NCBI GenBank assembly: GCA_030141605.1
Contig: JAQGDQ010000348.1
Location: forward strand, 124,001 to 188,000
Length of the DNA: 64,000 nucleotides
Direction: 5' to 3'
DNA from: Tubiluchus corallicola
Lineage: Eukaryota > Animalia > Priapulida
Part shown: piece by piece, positions 28,896 to 43,126 of the stretch
Position numbering within the stretch: the stretch's first letter is position 1
Layout: every line of letters begins with the position of its first letter
Notes under the pieces: model-generated
The model's input: only the letters and a program-made list of their open reading frames with translations
What the model was told of the DNA's origin: nothing
Database searches by the model: none
Translations under genes and position numbers: made by a program

Positions 28896-29417
28896 AGGAA
28901 AACATCGTGATTTTTCATGTGCTACCCCATTTCGAAGTACGGTAAAAGTATCCATAATAATAGAATAGAAAATTTGTTATTGGCGGGCGAGCCCAACTAG
29001 TGATGACATCACTAACTAACACAACGTTCCACGAGCGTGTTGTCCGTGTTTGCGAAAGGGAAAATTGAAGTACAGTGCTACTGTTATATATTCAGTGTGT
29101 TGTACTAAAACTAGGCAAGTTTTAAGGTAAAAATTCAAATTTCAAATTTACGGTTGTGCTCACGGTTGTGCTCACTTGTTTTTTTTTTGTTTTTTTTGTA
29201 CAATCCATTTCCGAAATGCAGGCGCTAGTGCCCGTCTAACTATCGAATGACCAAATGCATGTAACAGCGAAGAACTAATGGCGCGAACGTGAAATTATGT
29301 TTGTGTGGTAATCATTCTTTCACGTAAGTCATTCTTAAAAAAATAGTATGTTTCCTTTCAATATTTTAAAGAGTAGATTGTTTTGACCTACAGTTTAAGA
29401 TTGGGAATGGTTTTCCT
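28896..29417 (+). mobile_element. Kolobok-like MITE family B (intact ends)
   Basis: TTAA|AGGAAAAC...GTTTTCCT|TTAA. Partial copies at about 31310-31521 and 55474-55711. Confidence 0.85.
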
Positions 29418-29903
29418 TTAAGAGAAGTTCACCTGGGAAAAATACAATAACGCCACCTTACGTCTGCTGTAAATAAGGAATGTCTATTCAGAACTCCCTA
29501 CGCAACACAATGCATACATGCATGGAATAAGTTCTCACAATTTAATGGGATATTAATGACCATAATGACTGTAAGGAAGTCCATCTACCCGGTTAGTCCT
29601 GGCAGCTGACATTGAAAACATTAATGCACCTTGGGTATTGAATCCACAATACTGAGTTTCTGTGTTATTTCAACTGTTTATTATTTATTTGTTAGTGCAA
29701 AAAGCAGATGCAAAACAAGAAACAAAGTAGACAAGATACACAATTTTAATAATGAAATATGGCTACACTACAAACAATCAAGCAAAAAACAATTATTACT
29801 AAAACAAATATATTTTAAAATAGTTCCTCTTAGCTGTTTTAATCATTTAAATGAAAACTTTACAGTCAAACTAAACCGTCACTATAATATCAGCTTTTAC
29901 AAT

Positions 29904-30323
29904 TTAAAATTTCACTCTCATTACGAATATTCAACTTATTTTATCATAAACTCACTGTAAACTTGTTTCTTATGATTTTTATCACTTCGTTGTTAGCGGT
30001 ATTAAATTTAAAGAACCACCATTTTCCACTGCGCGAGATGAATGACGTAATGAGTGCAGCCACGAGGTCACCAAAGATCAGTAAACAGACATCGGCAACC
30101 AAAGACGCTTTCTGTACCTCGTACGTCACTCTCGCTCACTCGCGCCAAAGACGCGAAACATGGCGACCTTTATGGCAACGCACGCGTTCGAAATTGACCA
30201 GAAAAAGGTAAGTTATTTAATTTATAAGTTTCTTTTGTTTAATAATAACTATGAATTCTTTATGTAATCATAATAATACGTTAAAAAAACTTTAATGGTT
30301 GTTTCAGCTATATAGGCCTCTAA
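29904..30323 (+). mobile_element. Dispersed repeat family E, copy 2
   Basis: Colinear with 7369-7782. Confidence 0.8.
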
Positions 30324-30444
30324 TGATTGATGTTTAAAATTGATTGTCACTCATCTGGCCTCAGTGATATGATCAGTACACAGTAATAAATGTCTTAATT
30401 ACTTCTGAATCACCACTTCCCATCAAAAATAAATATTTGTAATC

Positions 30445-30817
30445 AGCCTTTTCACAGTTTCTGTAGGTCAAAGGTTAAATGTACCACAGCAACGCGTGTT
30501 AGCTACAACCATCACGTGACCAGTGAGTAAAGCAAAGCCGTCTGCCGCGTTTGTTCAGTATTTTTAGGCAGTTGTTTTACGTAGACTTTACTTAATCATG
30601 ATGCATTAATCTGTGCGCAGAGTGATTTACTAGCATGATCTTGCTTGGGAACAAGAAAAAGTGAACTAGGTAAGGTTCTAGCTACCTGTTAAATCTGTTA
30701 CTATTACAATTTCATGAGCTACAAGGCGTTTTCAAGTGCATGCAAATGCGTTGTCTGATACACTTAACCTTTGACCTTTTCACGATCATCATCAATCGCT
30801 GGAAATGTGAAAAGGCT
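30445..30817 (+). mobile_element. MITE family G
   Basis: AGCCTTTTCACAGTTTC...GAAATGTGAAAAGGCT|TA. Confidence 0.85.
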
Positions 30818-33800
30818 TATTATTCTGGTATAACTCCATTGATGTGATTACATAATTTTCCTCTTAGCTAAATTAGATCATTTTATTACAAAGTGTAGTT
30901 CGTGACTGTTCGTCTTAAAATGTTTGTAACGTCGATAAGATCTGCAGAGATTTTTTACCTTAGAAACTTGTCGACTTTATTCCTTCTTCTTATTTATTGT
31001 TTTAAGCGAGCAGTGAGAGAAAGCAGATTTTGTTGAGCAAAAAACGACCTCACAGTATCAGGTTAAGGTCATTTTAACATTTTTCTGGCTTGAAATAGGT
31101 CATAGACAAAGTTTCGAACCTTTGGGGTCAGTTTTAATGGCAGCTCAATCAGGGAGTTAATTTATAAAAAGACAATGCCACCTTGGATAAAGCTGGACAA
31201 GATCACTGGTAGCAAAGTCCAAGATTGTGGTTGCGAATGTTCCATTTTGCGCCAGTTGTAACAAATTTTGAATCAGCGTGTCGAGATCAAGTATTGTTTG
31301 TCATTCCCAAACACGTACAACACGCTCGTGAAATATTTTTGCTGTTGAAAATTATGTTAGTTTGTGACGTCATCTGTAGTTGTCCTCGCCCGTCGTTAAT
31401 TAAGTATTTAACCTATTACTTAATTATCAGAAATGCATTTGCAGTATTAATTGTGTTAAAATGTATACTTTTTGTCAGACTTGAAAATGGGGTAGTATAT
31501 GAAAACTCGTCGTGTCTTCCTTTAAGTTTGCCTGTACAGTATTGGCCAGTAAGAGTGCACCTTCCTAATCATGACGTCATAGTTGGTATATGACATCATG
31601 ACTAGGAACATACGGTCAATTTGGTGCTAAAAATGTGTCGAATAAATGAGCATTCGAGTAGCGTCCAGAAATCCTAAACCGCAGTCGACCTCAGTCAAAG
31701 GTCGATCAAAAACCATCATTAAGATTAAACAGCGAGGGAAAGAAGCCTTTGATTCATTATGGGTGTGAGTCGGCATGCTTTTTCTGTTTAATCATTTATG
31801 CCTGAGAGGCAGAAAATAGCTACAAAGCAACATTACGGCCATTTATGTAATTAGTGGCGAGTTTGCACAACCGCTAGAGCATAAACATTAATTAACGTAT
31901 TTCTAGTCTACTATAGCAAGTCTGGCATCTTGTCATGTATGTAGGGCCTATGTATATAAAGTTTATTCATTTTAAATGGATCGACATACAGTAATATTAC
32001 TGATCGGAATTTTTCCACTGTGCAAAAGGTACATGATAGTTAACTGGTTATCAAGGATACTGTTACATAGATATTTAGTTAAAAATTTAAGTAATTCATT
32101 AATTGTAAATACTTAAAATTGAAATATGCAACGCCCACAGAGTAAAAAAGGGTAGAAAGAGGAGGGCCTATGTATGTGTGCATTTTGTGGTTTCGGGTGT
32201 TTGCATGTATTTAATTATATATTTTATTTTAAACAGGTTTTTGGTACAGAATTTCAATTCTGCTTTAAATAATACTAAGACCACGATGGTAACGTTTTAG
32301 CATTTACTGCACAGTGCAAAAGTATATGCAGTCATACAGTAACTAAATTGAAAGACACAAGACTTTTCAGCAGAGCTCTTCAGTGTCTGTTGTAATTATG
32401 TCAAAATATTAGGTGAAAGCACAAAACTAAAATTGTTGCTGAAAGCAGCCATGTTTGTTTCTGAATAAAATTAGTGCTAGATTCAGTAGCTAAAGCAGAT
32501 ACAAGTTGGTAACATGTTCTTTTTGTCTACATGTATGACTGCATATACCTGTGCACTGTGCTCAGAGTATCAAACTTTTTACAAACTGTTTAAAATATCT
32601 TAATAATCATTTATCTGTTAACAGGCATATGTAAGTATCTTGGCTCTTTGTGCTTTTATTAGTAATCTTTTAACTGGACATTTTCATCTGTAAAATTTTA
32701 TTCTGTGCTGCGCATACTTTTATCCAGCTTTCATATTTCAGACTTTCTGGATAATACTTTTAACATTTTTTAATAGCGATTACGTATTAAACAAAATTAA
32801 GTTTACTACAAAAGAAATTTTTGATAGATTCCGCCTATGTTACGACTAGTGCAGGTGGGGCAGGCCTGACTAGATGTAAGGTAGTCACTGGAGATTCCCT
32901 GGCCGAGCAAAAAGTTTACATAAAATTTTACTTTAAAGAGGGATCTGCCCACAAACTCCAGATAGTGGCTTCGCAGCAAGTGTAGTCTACGGGGGGCGCT
33001 ACCACTTCAAGATGGTGTTGGCTCTTGTGGGATTCTGTATTAGCACTTGTCGGTTAATCTAATTAAATGCAACAGGACAAGATGCAACAATAATAATTAT
33101 AGTATACTGTAACCACGTTTAATGACAAAACATTAGGCACGAAAATCAAACCGACGAAATATGTCATTAAAGCACAATACATCAAAACAAAACATATTAG
33201 AAAAACCTTATTGGGCAAAATTGAAAGCAAAATTAAGTAATAGCACCAAAAATAAACAGTGTTCATAACTAACATATTATAATGTCTTGGTAATATTTCC
33301 ATTGGACATGAGCTAAACTAACCGTAGCAAACGTTCGTCTAAGGGCTTATCTTAACTACCAGCCACCCCTGGGGAAATGCTAGCAAGTTAATGGATTAAA
33401 AGTAGCATTCAGGGTTGTGACGTCACGTGTAAATTAGCAGCATCCAGGAAACATTTCGTTGCTAAACTTCATGCACAATTTCAATGTCTGGCATGACTTC
33501 AACTTGTGTAGGATCACGTTTATATTGAACATTTATCAACTGTGAAAACCATTAGTCCATCTGTACCCATGACACACTGCATAGTAAGGCAAAGAATAAA
33601 TCAACTTACAGATCGGGATCCCGTGAAATAGTCTGAAGCTCTAGACACCTCTTGCTGGCCTCCAATAAACAAGAGAACTGTCGTGTCCTTCTCGTCTATC
33701 GCTCAACCGGTAGTCCTCCAGCCACAAGTACTATCACCATAACATCGGGTGCTTGGGAGTCCATTAACTGTCCAAAATCATCACCCATCAACTATGACGG

Positions 33801-34789
33801 CAGCAAGCAAAAGTAGTAAATTGGACAAACATTTTCAGCAAAACTGCCATTACGAAAAGTCTGACCTATGTAATGTTTTCAGGTCCAATACCAAAGCTCA
33901 ACTGTTTTCTATCTTGTACACCTGTATCGTGACGAGTTTTCTGGGTCACCTCTCCGCATTCACAAGTTGATCAGACGGCTTCATATCGCGTACAAAATTG
34001 AATGTTACAAACCAACCCGCAGAACTTAAATTCCTAAATCTTGGGTTTAAAGGGCAACTGAACCATTTTTTAATACTTGTTTTCAGGTTTAGTTGATAAT
34101 ATGACAATAGCTTGGTTATCATATTAATTATTATTATTGATAACACCATCATTACACTATTTCTCATCAGACTTTCTGGGGGAAAATAAACAGTATGTTA
34201 CAGCCTAATTAATTCCATTCGGTGCACATTAAGTTTAGATACATAAATAAACATACGTAGCAGATAACAATATTTCAGTCTTACAAATTGACTGACGTCC
34301 AGCTAAAACGATGAATTTTTGACTGACAGCCTAACTGACTGACTAATAGACTAACTAACTGTCTTGGTAACTGACTAACTGTACAGACTGAGACTTTGAC
34401 TAATTTGCTCGTTCATTAATTACACAATTAAGCTTAAAACTGATTAGTTGAGTACTCAAATCTGTCTCTCCGCTAATCACTTAATCGGTTTAGTAAATTC
34501 GGTTAGTCATTCGGTTAGTCAGTCAAGCCGTCTGTTATGCCTACCATTTAATCAATCAATCGACCAAACTTAACAATAGCATCATAGGAATTGAAAATTT
34601 GACCTGCAGACAGGAAACAGTGAACTGCTCTAATAAAGGATAGAGGTACAAAGTCTGTAATAGATGGTTAGAGCAACAGATGAAGAATTTTTTACTGCTT
34701 TATGCAACGTTCTCGATTTTATTTCATTTTAAAACAACTCTGTTTTATTTGTATTTTATATGGTTTTAGGAACCGGAATAAAAAATTGC

Positions 34790-34985
34790 GTGAATGAATG
34801 AATGAGTGAGTGATTGAGTGTTTGAGTGATTGAACGAATGAATAAATTCGAATGAATGAATGAATGAATGAATGAATGAATGAATGAATGAATGAATGAA
34901 TGAATGAATGAATGAATGAATGAATGAATGAATGAATGAATGAATGAACGAATGGACGAACGAACGAACGAACGAATTAACGAAT
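34790..34985. repeat. (GAAT)n/(GAAC)n tetranucleotide repeat
   Basis: Read directly. Confidence 0.96.
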
Positions 34986-35394
34986 AATTCAGATGATGTT
35001 ATTTTAATAACCCAAACATTGATGTCTACAACTCTTGCAACAGTGAATTTATGATACAGACACGCCATCATTAGCGTGCTTGGAAATCCGAACTTGGTTT
35101 TTTATTGACAGCTCACAGTTACCACATGTTGTTATATCATAAGAAATGCCATGAGCGTGCGCCAGCCGCAACATCTATAGGGGAACATCCCTCGAAACCA
35201 GGAAGGAAATCTCGCGTGAGGAAAGATGCGGATTTCCGGAAATAGAAATTAAGTGATTACTATGAAGAATAATTATCGCGGACTAAACGTTGCGCAAGAA
35301 AACACTGTTATCACTATAGCAATACGATTTAAGTGAAAAATTCAAGCATTTAATTTTTATATCTAAATCATTTCCGCTATAGCGTTTTCGAATG

Positions 35395-35610
35395 TAAGTA
35401 GAAATGACACAGGTAAAAATGGCACAGGAAAAGATAGATCAAATGGAAAAGTAGGTAAAAATGGCATAGGTAAAAACGGCCCAAATAGGAGAGGTAGGTA
35501 AAAATGGCACATGAAAACATAGCCCAAATGAAAAAGTAGGTAAAAATGGCTCAGGAAAAGATAGCACAGAAAGAAATCGCACACTTAGTAAATATGTGTT
35601 AAGATTAGGG
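35395..35610 (+). repeat. Dispersed element built of AGGTAAAAATGGCAC subrepeats (also 46690-46866 -, 51300-51400 +, 52003 -)
   Basis: Motif recurs in clusters, some next to TTAGGG-like sequence. Confidence 0.7.
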
Positions 35611-36362
35611 TCACAGAGGGGATAATTATTTTAGTTATTTTACCTCTGCTAAGGAAGTTATGCCTCAACACAGTTTGTTTGTTTGTCTGGTTGTTTGGTT
35701 GTTTTTGTGTGTTATGGTGGCAAACCTATTATGCAAAATCTATTTAACAGATTTCCAGGAAACTTTGTGAAGAAAAGAAATCTTCAAAAAAAGAATCGTG
35801 AAGTACTTCGTGCAGGTCTCAGGGGGGGAGTGTTTAGTAGTTCTTTTTTGTTACCTCCACCTGGACAGACAACTATGAGTTGATTCCAGGTTGTATTTGC
35901 TTCACGTCCAAAAGAACTGTACCACCTCCAGTAAAACTGCATCACGTTAACTAGTTTTTTCCCAGTTGTAACGTGTAAGAGAAAAATAATTTGAAAAAAA
36001 GCTAAGACACATAGGAAATGGACTTCAAAGCAAAAGTACGAGGAGGCATTTGAGTGGGGCTGCTGACCTCAGCGAGACCTGAAACCATCAAGGTCGTCTG
36101 TACTAGAGTGCACGTTGCACAGTGTCTTTGTGATGCACAAAACCTTTACTTTATTGAAAGGCTGCTTCAAGCCTTGAACCTTATGCAAACGTTATGCAAT
36201 TTCACTAATTAAGTCATTAATTATACACAGGCTACTAATTAAACTTTCAAAAAATACGGGCGTTTTCTTACAATGTTATTTGTTCCGTTTTATTTTATTT
36301 CTGATTAGCAGAAAGTGTTTATAAATCTGAATTGACAGATCGATTGATTTAATAGGCTCTCT

Positions 36363-36848
36363 CAGGAAAAAAGTCACAGGAAAAAGTCACAGGAAAAAAT
36401 CACAGGAAAAGGTCACAGAAAAAAGTCACAAGAAAAAAATCACAGGAAAAAGTCACAGGAAGAAAAGTCACAGGAAAAAGTCACAGGAAGAAAAGTCACA
36501 GGAAGAAAAGTCACAGGAAAAAGTCACAAGAAAAAAGTCACAAGAAAAAGTCACAGGAAAAAAATCAGAGAAAAAAGTCACAAGAAAAAAGTCACAAGAA
36601 AAAGTCACAGGAAAAAAATCAGAGAAAAAAGTCACAAGAAAAAAGTCACAGGAAAAAGTCACAGGAAAAAATTACAGAAAAAAGTAACAGGAAGAAAAGC
36701 CACAGGAAAAAGTCACAAGAAAAAATTCACAGGAAAAAGTCACAGGAAAAAAGTCACAGGAGAAAGTCACAAGAAAAACGTCACAGGGAAAAAAAACAGG
36801 GAAAATTCATAGGAAAAAGTCAAAGGAAACAAAAGGCACAGGAAAAAA
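36363..36848. repeat. 12-14-bp satellite (GTCACAGGAAAAA)n
   Basis: About 35-40 tandem units. Confidence 0.95.
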
Positions 36849-37254
36849 TAATTAACTCTAACCCTAACTCAGACTTTAGCCAAAATTGTGACTTTTTCTT
36901 CTGACTTTGTTATCGGACGCCATACTTTCGCATGTACGAAATGTGAAAGTAAATATTATCACAACAAAATTTTACTGAAATCCGTATGTATGCAAGATAA
37001 CAACTAAATAACAAACAAGATAACAAGCTGAAAAACTAAATTTTGAGTCGTCGTCGATCTTGTGATTTGTTGTCTTGTTCTCAATGCTATTTTATAGCAC
37101 CGCGTGACTCTATGTAACCGTCACGCGTGAAGCCTATAATGAATTCAAAAGACAACTTTCGCGGAGCTATAAAAACTGGCAAATGGTTAACTGTCACTTT
37201 GAACAAATGTTACACAAGTAACTGCGATAAACTTGTAACGTCTATGAATGTATA

Positions 37255-38072
<818 letters not shown>

Positions 38073-38224
38073 CACAAGTCTCCTCACATTTTCACCCCAC
38101 TGCCTGCTTTCAATCTCGCATGAGTAAGTCTGCTTCCATTTCACACGATCGTAAAACAGTTTTCATGACTCAGTGCACCATTGTAAAACAGAATGTCTAA
38201 ACAAAGCAATCACTTTGAGGCAAA

Positions 38225-39136
38225 ATTCTAATTTAAACCGGAAGACCGCCTGTAAAGCTGCATTCACACTTCTACGCAAGTCACAAGAAACAGATCAATC
38301 GAATGCGTTAGATACAATTTGAATTTAACAAAAAGACAATTTTTGCTCTAAAGATCTATGATTGGATTTATATCTTTACGATAGAAGCATCAATCAAAAT
38401 GCTCAATGTTTCACTTTTTGAAGCAAAGAGGAAAGATAAATGAGAGATTATTCTAATCTGGCAGCTCACCTTCAAAGACACGCCTCGTTATATTATATCC
38501 AAAATCGATTGTAATGCAAAAATAGAGCTTTGCATGAAGATTCAATTAAATTGATTATTATTACACGCTTTGAGGTTCCTCTCTGCCTGACTTTTCTTCA
38601 AGAATAGATTTATTCACGTAATCAGAATGTGTCAAATAGTGACTTTAGATGGGTACAGAAAAACGCCCGTCACGGGGCGACAATAACACCCACCGTCGAA
38701 TGGCCTTTCTAACAGTTACCAACATCTCCCCCGACTTGTTCCACTTCTCTAGAAATAAGAGGTATAATAGCCATTTTTGGAGGTTTTTCGTCTCCCCCCT
38801 TCCCCCGTTCCTCCCGCTGAGCCCATTTGGAGAAATAAGCCCCAAGAAATAAATCTTTGGGTGGAGACCTTTCGTTTGACTATTAGGTCACCGAAAATGG
38901 TGCCCTCGTTGGAGCTGCAGCCTATATGGCAACGGGTGGGGGGGGCGAAAAGTCTCCAAAATTGGCCATATTTGCCAGCTTTGTGCAAGATTATCCAATC
39001 ATAGATCTTTACAGCATAAACTGTCCTTTTGTTAAAATCCAAATTGTATCCAGCGCATTCGATTGATCCGTTTCTTGTGACTTGCGTAGAAGTGTGAATG
39101 CAGCTTTACAGGCGGTCTTCCGGTTTAAATTTGAAT
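38225..39136. mobile_element. Foldback/MITE-like element with about 144-bp terminal inverted repeats
   Basis: 38225-38367 is the reverse complement of 38993-39136 with few mismatches (TTTAAACCGGAAGACCGCCTGTAAAGCTGCATTCACACTTCTACGCAAGTCACAAGAAAC). Confidence 0.9.
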
Positions 39137-39402
39137 ATATAGATATAACCAACTGTATCGTTCCTTAAGAAGCTTATACATGTAAAGCTAAGGCCCATTT
39201 CACACTGAGGACGTGCGGCAAAATTCCTCGAGGAGAAATTCCTTATGGCATACAGGTCCTTGTGAGGAATTCTGCTGCTAGCTAGAAGCTATGCGTCCTC
39301 CTCGTGAGGAATTTTGCCGTATGGTAATTTGCCGTTTAACTTCACCGTGCCACTTAGCCATTTACTTTGCCAAAATTAAATGCTCTTTCTATTACTTTGC
39401 AG

Positions 39403-39501
39403 GAGGCAATGAAAATGGCCTTAGAAGCTGGTGACAGACCAGTGCAAGCGAAGTGCTTGATGTGTTTAGCTGATATTCATAGAAACCGAGACGAAGCAGA
39501 G
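39403..39501 (+). CDS. RAPSN: Rapsyn coding exon 2 (99 nt)
   Basis: tttgcag|GAG...GAG|gtaaaa. [33 protein letters not shown] matches vertebrate [27 protein letters not shown]. Phase 0/0. Confidence 0.95.
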
Positions 39502-39549
39502 GTAAAAATCTTTCATTCTGATCAAAAATTTTCAAAATTAGCTTCATTA

Positions 39550-39935
39550 AGCCTTTTCACAGTTTCGTTGTGCGCACGCGTAGTTGCTGCAGGTCAAAGG
39601 TTAAGTGTGGCACAACAACGCTTCTTAACTACAACCGTCATGCGACATGTGGGTAAAGCAAAGCCGTCTACCGCATCACTTCAGTATGTTCAGTTGTTTT
39701 ACGTGGACTTTACTTAATTATACATCAGTCTGTGCGTAGAGTGATTTACTAGCAGGATCTTGCTTGGGAACAAGAAAAAATGAACTATGTAAGGTTCTAG
39801 CTAGCTGTTAAAACTGTTACTATTACAATAGCATGGGCTGCGAGGCGTTGTCAAGTGTACACAAATGCATTTTCTGGTACACTTAACCATTGACCTTTTC
39901 ACGATCATCGTCAATCGCTGGAACTGTGAAAAGCT
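39550..39935 (+). mobile_element. MITE family G, TA TSD
   Basis: TA|AGCCTTTTCACAGTTTC...GAACTGTGAAAAGCT|TA. Confidence 0.88.
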
Positions 39936-40064
39936 TATTCTATTATTATATACATTCATATTCCACTAAATTTCAACTAGTTTTAAATCACGGCTTTTTA
40001 CTATGTTATTTTTACTGCTGACTGCAAAAATGCAAAAACTGTTAAGAAAGCCGCAAGTAATATT

Positions 40065-40513
40065 AACATAACATATCATAACATAATACAACAGAACAAA
40101 ACACAACACATCCCAACACAACACAAGACAACGTAACTAGGCATAATGTAACGCAACATAACGTAATGTAACGTAACATATCGTAGCATAGCATGACATA
40201 ACATAACATAACATAACATTAACATAACATAACATAACATAACATAACATAACATAACATAACATAACATAACATAACATAACATAACATAACATAACAT
40301 AACATAACATAACATAACATAACATAACATAACATAACATGGCATGGCATGGCATGGCATGGCATGACATGACATGACATGACATGACACGACATTAACA
40401 TAACATAACATAACATAACATAACATAACATAACATAACATAACATAACATAACATAACATAACATAACATGACATCACATAACATAACATAAACATAAC
40501 ATAAAATAACATA
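40065..40513. repeat. Compound pentanucleotide array (AACAT/GGCAT/GACAT)
   Basis: Read directly. Confidence 0.96.
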
Positions 40514-41220
40514 ATCTTCGTTTCATTTTATCACACACACGTACAGATTTAATAATAACATCTAGTCAGTCGATCATTGATTAGTGATCATCATTTTCTT
40601 GGTGCTCTACTATTGAAGTTTGTAATGCTTGTAGTTAGAAATTAATCCTTATACATGACATTAAATTAAAAAAATAAAAACTATAATTAATTGCTGACAG
40701 GTCAGGTAAAAACACATAATAATCTAGTAATAATAATTGTATAACAAAAAATATTCTTTTAAGTGAATATTGAAATCCCTCATTCGTGTAATGATCGTTT
40801 ATTAGTGTTAATTTTGCATAATTCTCAGCTGACAGCTGCAGGTTTACCACCATTGCTTCTCTTCCTCGATTCCCTCTTTATCGTCTTCTCTTCTTTCTCA
40901 CCCCTTGATGATTTTAGAATTTTTAGATGCCTGGCGTAACACTGTAGAATTCGCCGACGCAAAATTAGACACAGCGTGAGGCGTGTAATCGATTTTGTTT
41001 TCAACTGTACTATATTATAGTCCATGTCATTAATTGTGTCTGTGTTAAACCTACTTTATGCAATTCGATTAGCTCGGCTCGCTTAGTTGTTCCAAAATTT
41101 TTCCTGCAGTGTGCAAGTTTTAACACGAACGATGCTGCTGTAATGATTAGAATTAGCTAGTTGGTAAAACAACGCACAAGGCTACGTGCGGATATTTTTA
41201 TTCGGATTGCGTGCGTGATC

Positions 41221-41882
41221 TAAGGCCCATTTGAGTACCAGTGAGGAGGACGCAAGGAAAAATGGCGCACGGAATTGCTGTCAGAGAATCAGAAAATTTT
41301 CTGAAAGTTTCCGATTTTTTTTCTCGAAATCCCATTCAGCAAGAAAGTTCATTTCGCAGTGAAACTTCGCGGTTTTTTTTCGTGCAGTTAGTTGTAGCTA
41401 CTTTGCAAGTTTTATACTGTATAATCATGTCTAAATTAAGTTATACTTGCCGTATTTCTCATATACAAAGTACAATTAATAATGTTAGTCAATGTAATAT
41501 CGGACCTGTTTGTTTTTTTAGTAAAGTTCTACTAACTGATTTCACTTCAAAATCTGAATATATATAAAATAAATATATGCGTGCGTTATTTTTCTTTTTC
41601 ACGAATGTAGTCATCGATGTTGTATTAATAAAACATATAAAATCGTCAGTTTGTTAAAAGAGAGATTAAATCTTAGAATTTTATGCTGAAATGTGTTAAT
41701 TGTTCTTCGTTAAATAAGAAAGAAGTAATTGAGTAGTTAAATTTAAGCCTGAATTCCGCGAGGATTCCTCACGAAAATGGAACATGCAATATGTGGCAAA
41801 AGCCTCACGAGGAGGACGAATAGCTTCTAGGTGGCAGTAGAATTCCCCACAAGAAGGACGCGTGCATCTACGTATAGGGCAT
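41221..41882. mobile_element. Harbinger-like element remnant (related fragment 39189-39320)
   Basis: Both begin TAAGGCCCATTT. 39262-39319 is the reverse complement of about 41794-41851. Confidence 0.55.
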
Positions 41883-42350
41883 ACATCAAAAGCGTCTGGA
41901 CAGAAACTCTTTAACTCTTTAAGTGCTAGACCTAATGACGTTCAGCCCAGAACTGGCTGAACTTGACCAGACCATGTCACCCTCTGTTTAATTAATACTG
42001 CTTTGAGGTCGTCAGCCATATTGTTAACAATGAAAGTGGTTATTAGACTGGGACGTCAGCTTTAAAATTGTAGAAGGTTCAGACGCGGTGTCCATCTAAG
42101 CTAATACAGCTATAGATTCCAGGTCCACATTGATAATTAAACTTTGCTTGTGGAATTTCTCGTCTTATGGTTGTTTTTATGGCATTCGGTTGCTCAAATT
42201 TCAATTCCTTGGCTAGAACATTAAAACACGTTAGTACTGTTGTCTTTTCCTTTAAACTAAAACACACTCATTTACCCTAAAGTAGCAGGAGTCTCTTGAA
42301 TGGAGCGAATAATAGCCATAAGTATCATTTAACAAAGTTTTCCTTTTCAG

Positions 42351-42488
42351 AAAGCATATTCCAGATACGAAGCCTCATTGAGCATAATGACAGAGATTGG
42401 TGACCGTCATGGACAGTGCTTAGTTCTGTCTTGCATGGCGAAAACACTCAGTCAGTTAAAACAGAGTGACAAGGTATGCGATTGTCAG
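42351..42488 (+). CDS. RAPSN: Rapsyn coding exon 3 (138 nt, or 123 nt if the donor at 42474 is used)
   Basis: ttttcag|AAA. KAYSRYEASLSIMTEIGDRHGQCLVLSCMAKTLSQLKQSDK(VCDCQ). Two in-frame donors: AAG|gtatgc (42474) and CAG|gtgcgt (42489). Not in the ORF track. Confidence 0.92.
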
Positions 42489-42741
42489 GTGCGTGTGCTT
42501 TGTACTAACATCGTTTGCTTTAGTTTAGTAACTTACATTGTTATCACGTGATCCGTGTTTGCTTGCATTGTTGCCGAGCCATTGTTTTTAATGTGACCAG
42601 TAATAAAGTCACTGCAAAACGTCACAATTCTGGCTGGGAAAAGGTCACAAGAAACAGTCACAATTAATTTATGGTGGCTGCAAAAAAGTCACAATTTTGG
42701 CTAGGAAAGAAAGTCGGGTTATCAAACAAAGATATTCAACT

Positions 42742-43126
42742 CAGGGTTAGGGGTTATGATTATGGTCAAGATTAGGATCAAGGTCAGAGTCAGGGACCAG
42801 GGTCGGAGTCAGGACCAAGGTCAGAGTCAGGATCAGAGTCAGAGTCAGGACCAGGGTCAGAGTCAGGATCAGGGTCAGAGTAAGGATCAGGGTCAAGATT
42901 AGGGTCAAAGTTAGGATCAGGGTTAGGGTTAGAATCACGTTCAAGATCAGGATCAGGGTCAGGATAGGGTTAGGGTTAGGATTAGTGTCAGGGTGAAAAT
43001 CAGGGTCAGGGTCAGGATCAGTATCACCGTCAGGATCAGAGTCAGGATTAGGGTCAGGGTCAGAATTAAGGTCAGGGTCAGGATCAGGATTAGGGTTAAG
43101 GTTAAGATTAGGGTTAGGGTTAGAGT
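42742..43126. repeat. Degenerate telomere-like hexamer array (TTAGGG/TCAGGG/TCAGGA/TCAGAG)
   Basis: 6-bp periodicity, with perfect TTAGGG runs mixed among variants. Confidence 0.9.

Noticed and set aside
33420-34170. Possible decayed coding sequence on the - strand
   Set aside because: No motif I can recognise with confidence; would need a translated homology search.
42742-43126. True telomere or chromosome fusion scar
   Set aside because: Degenerate, single orientation, intronic and embedded in an element with a second copy at 36363-36920.
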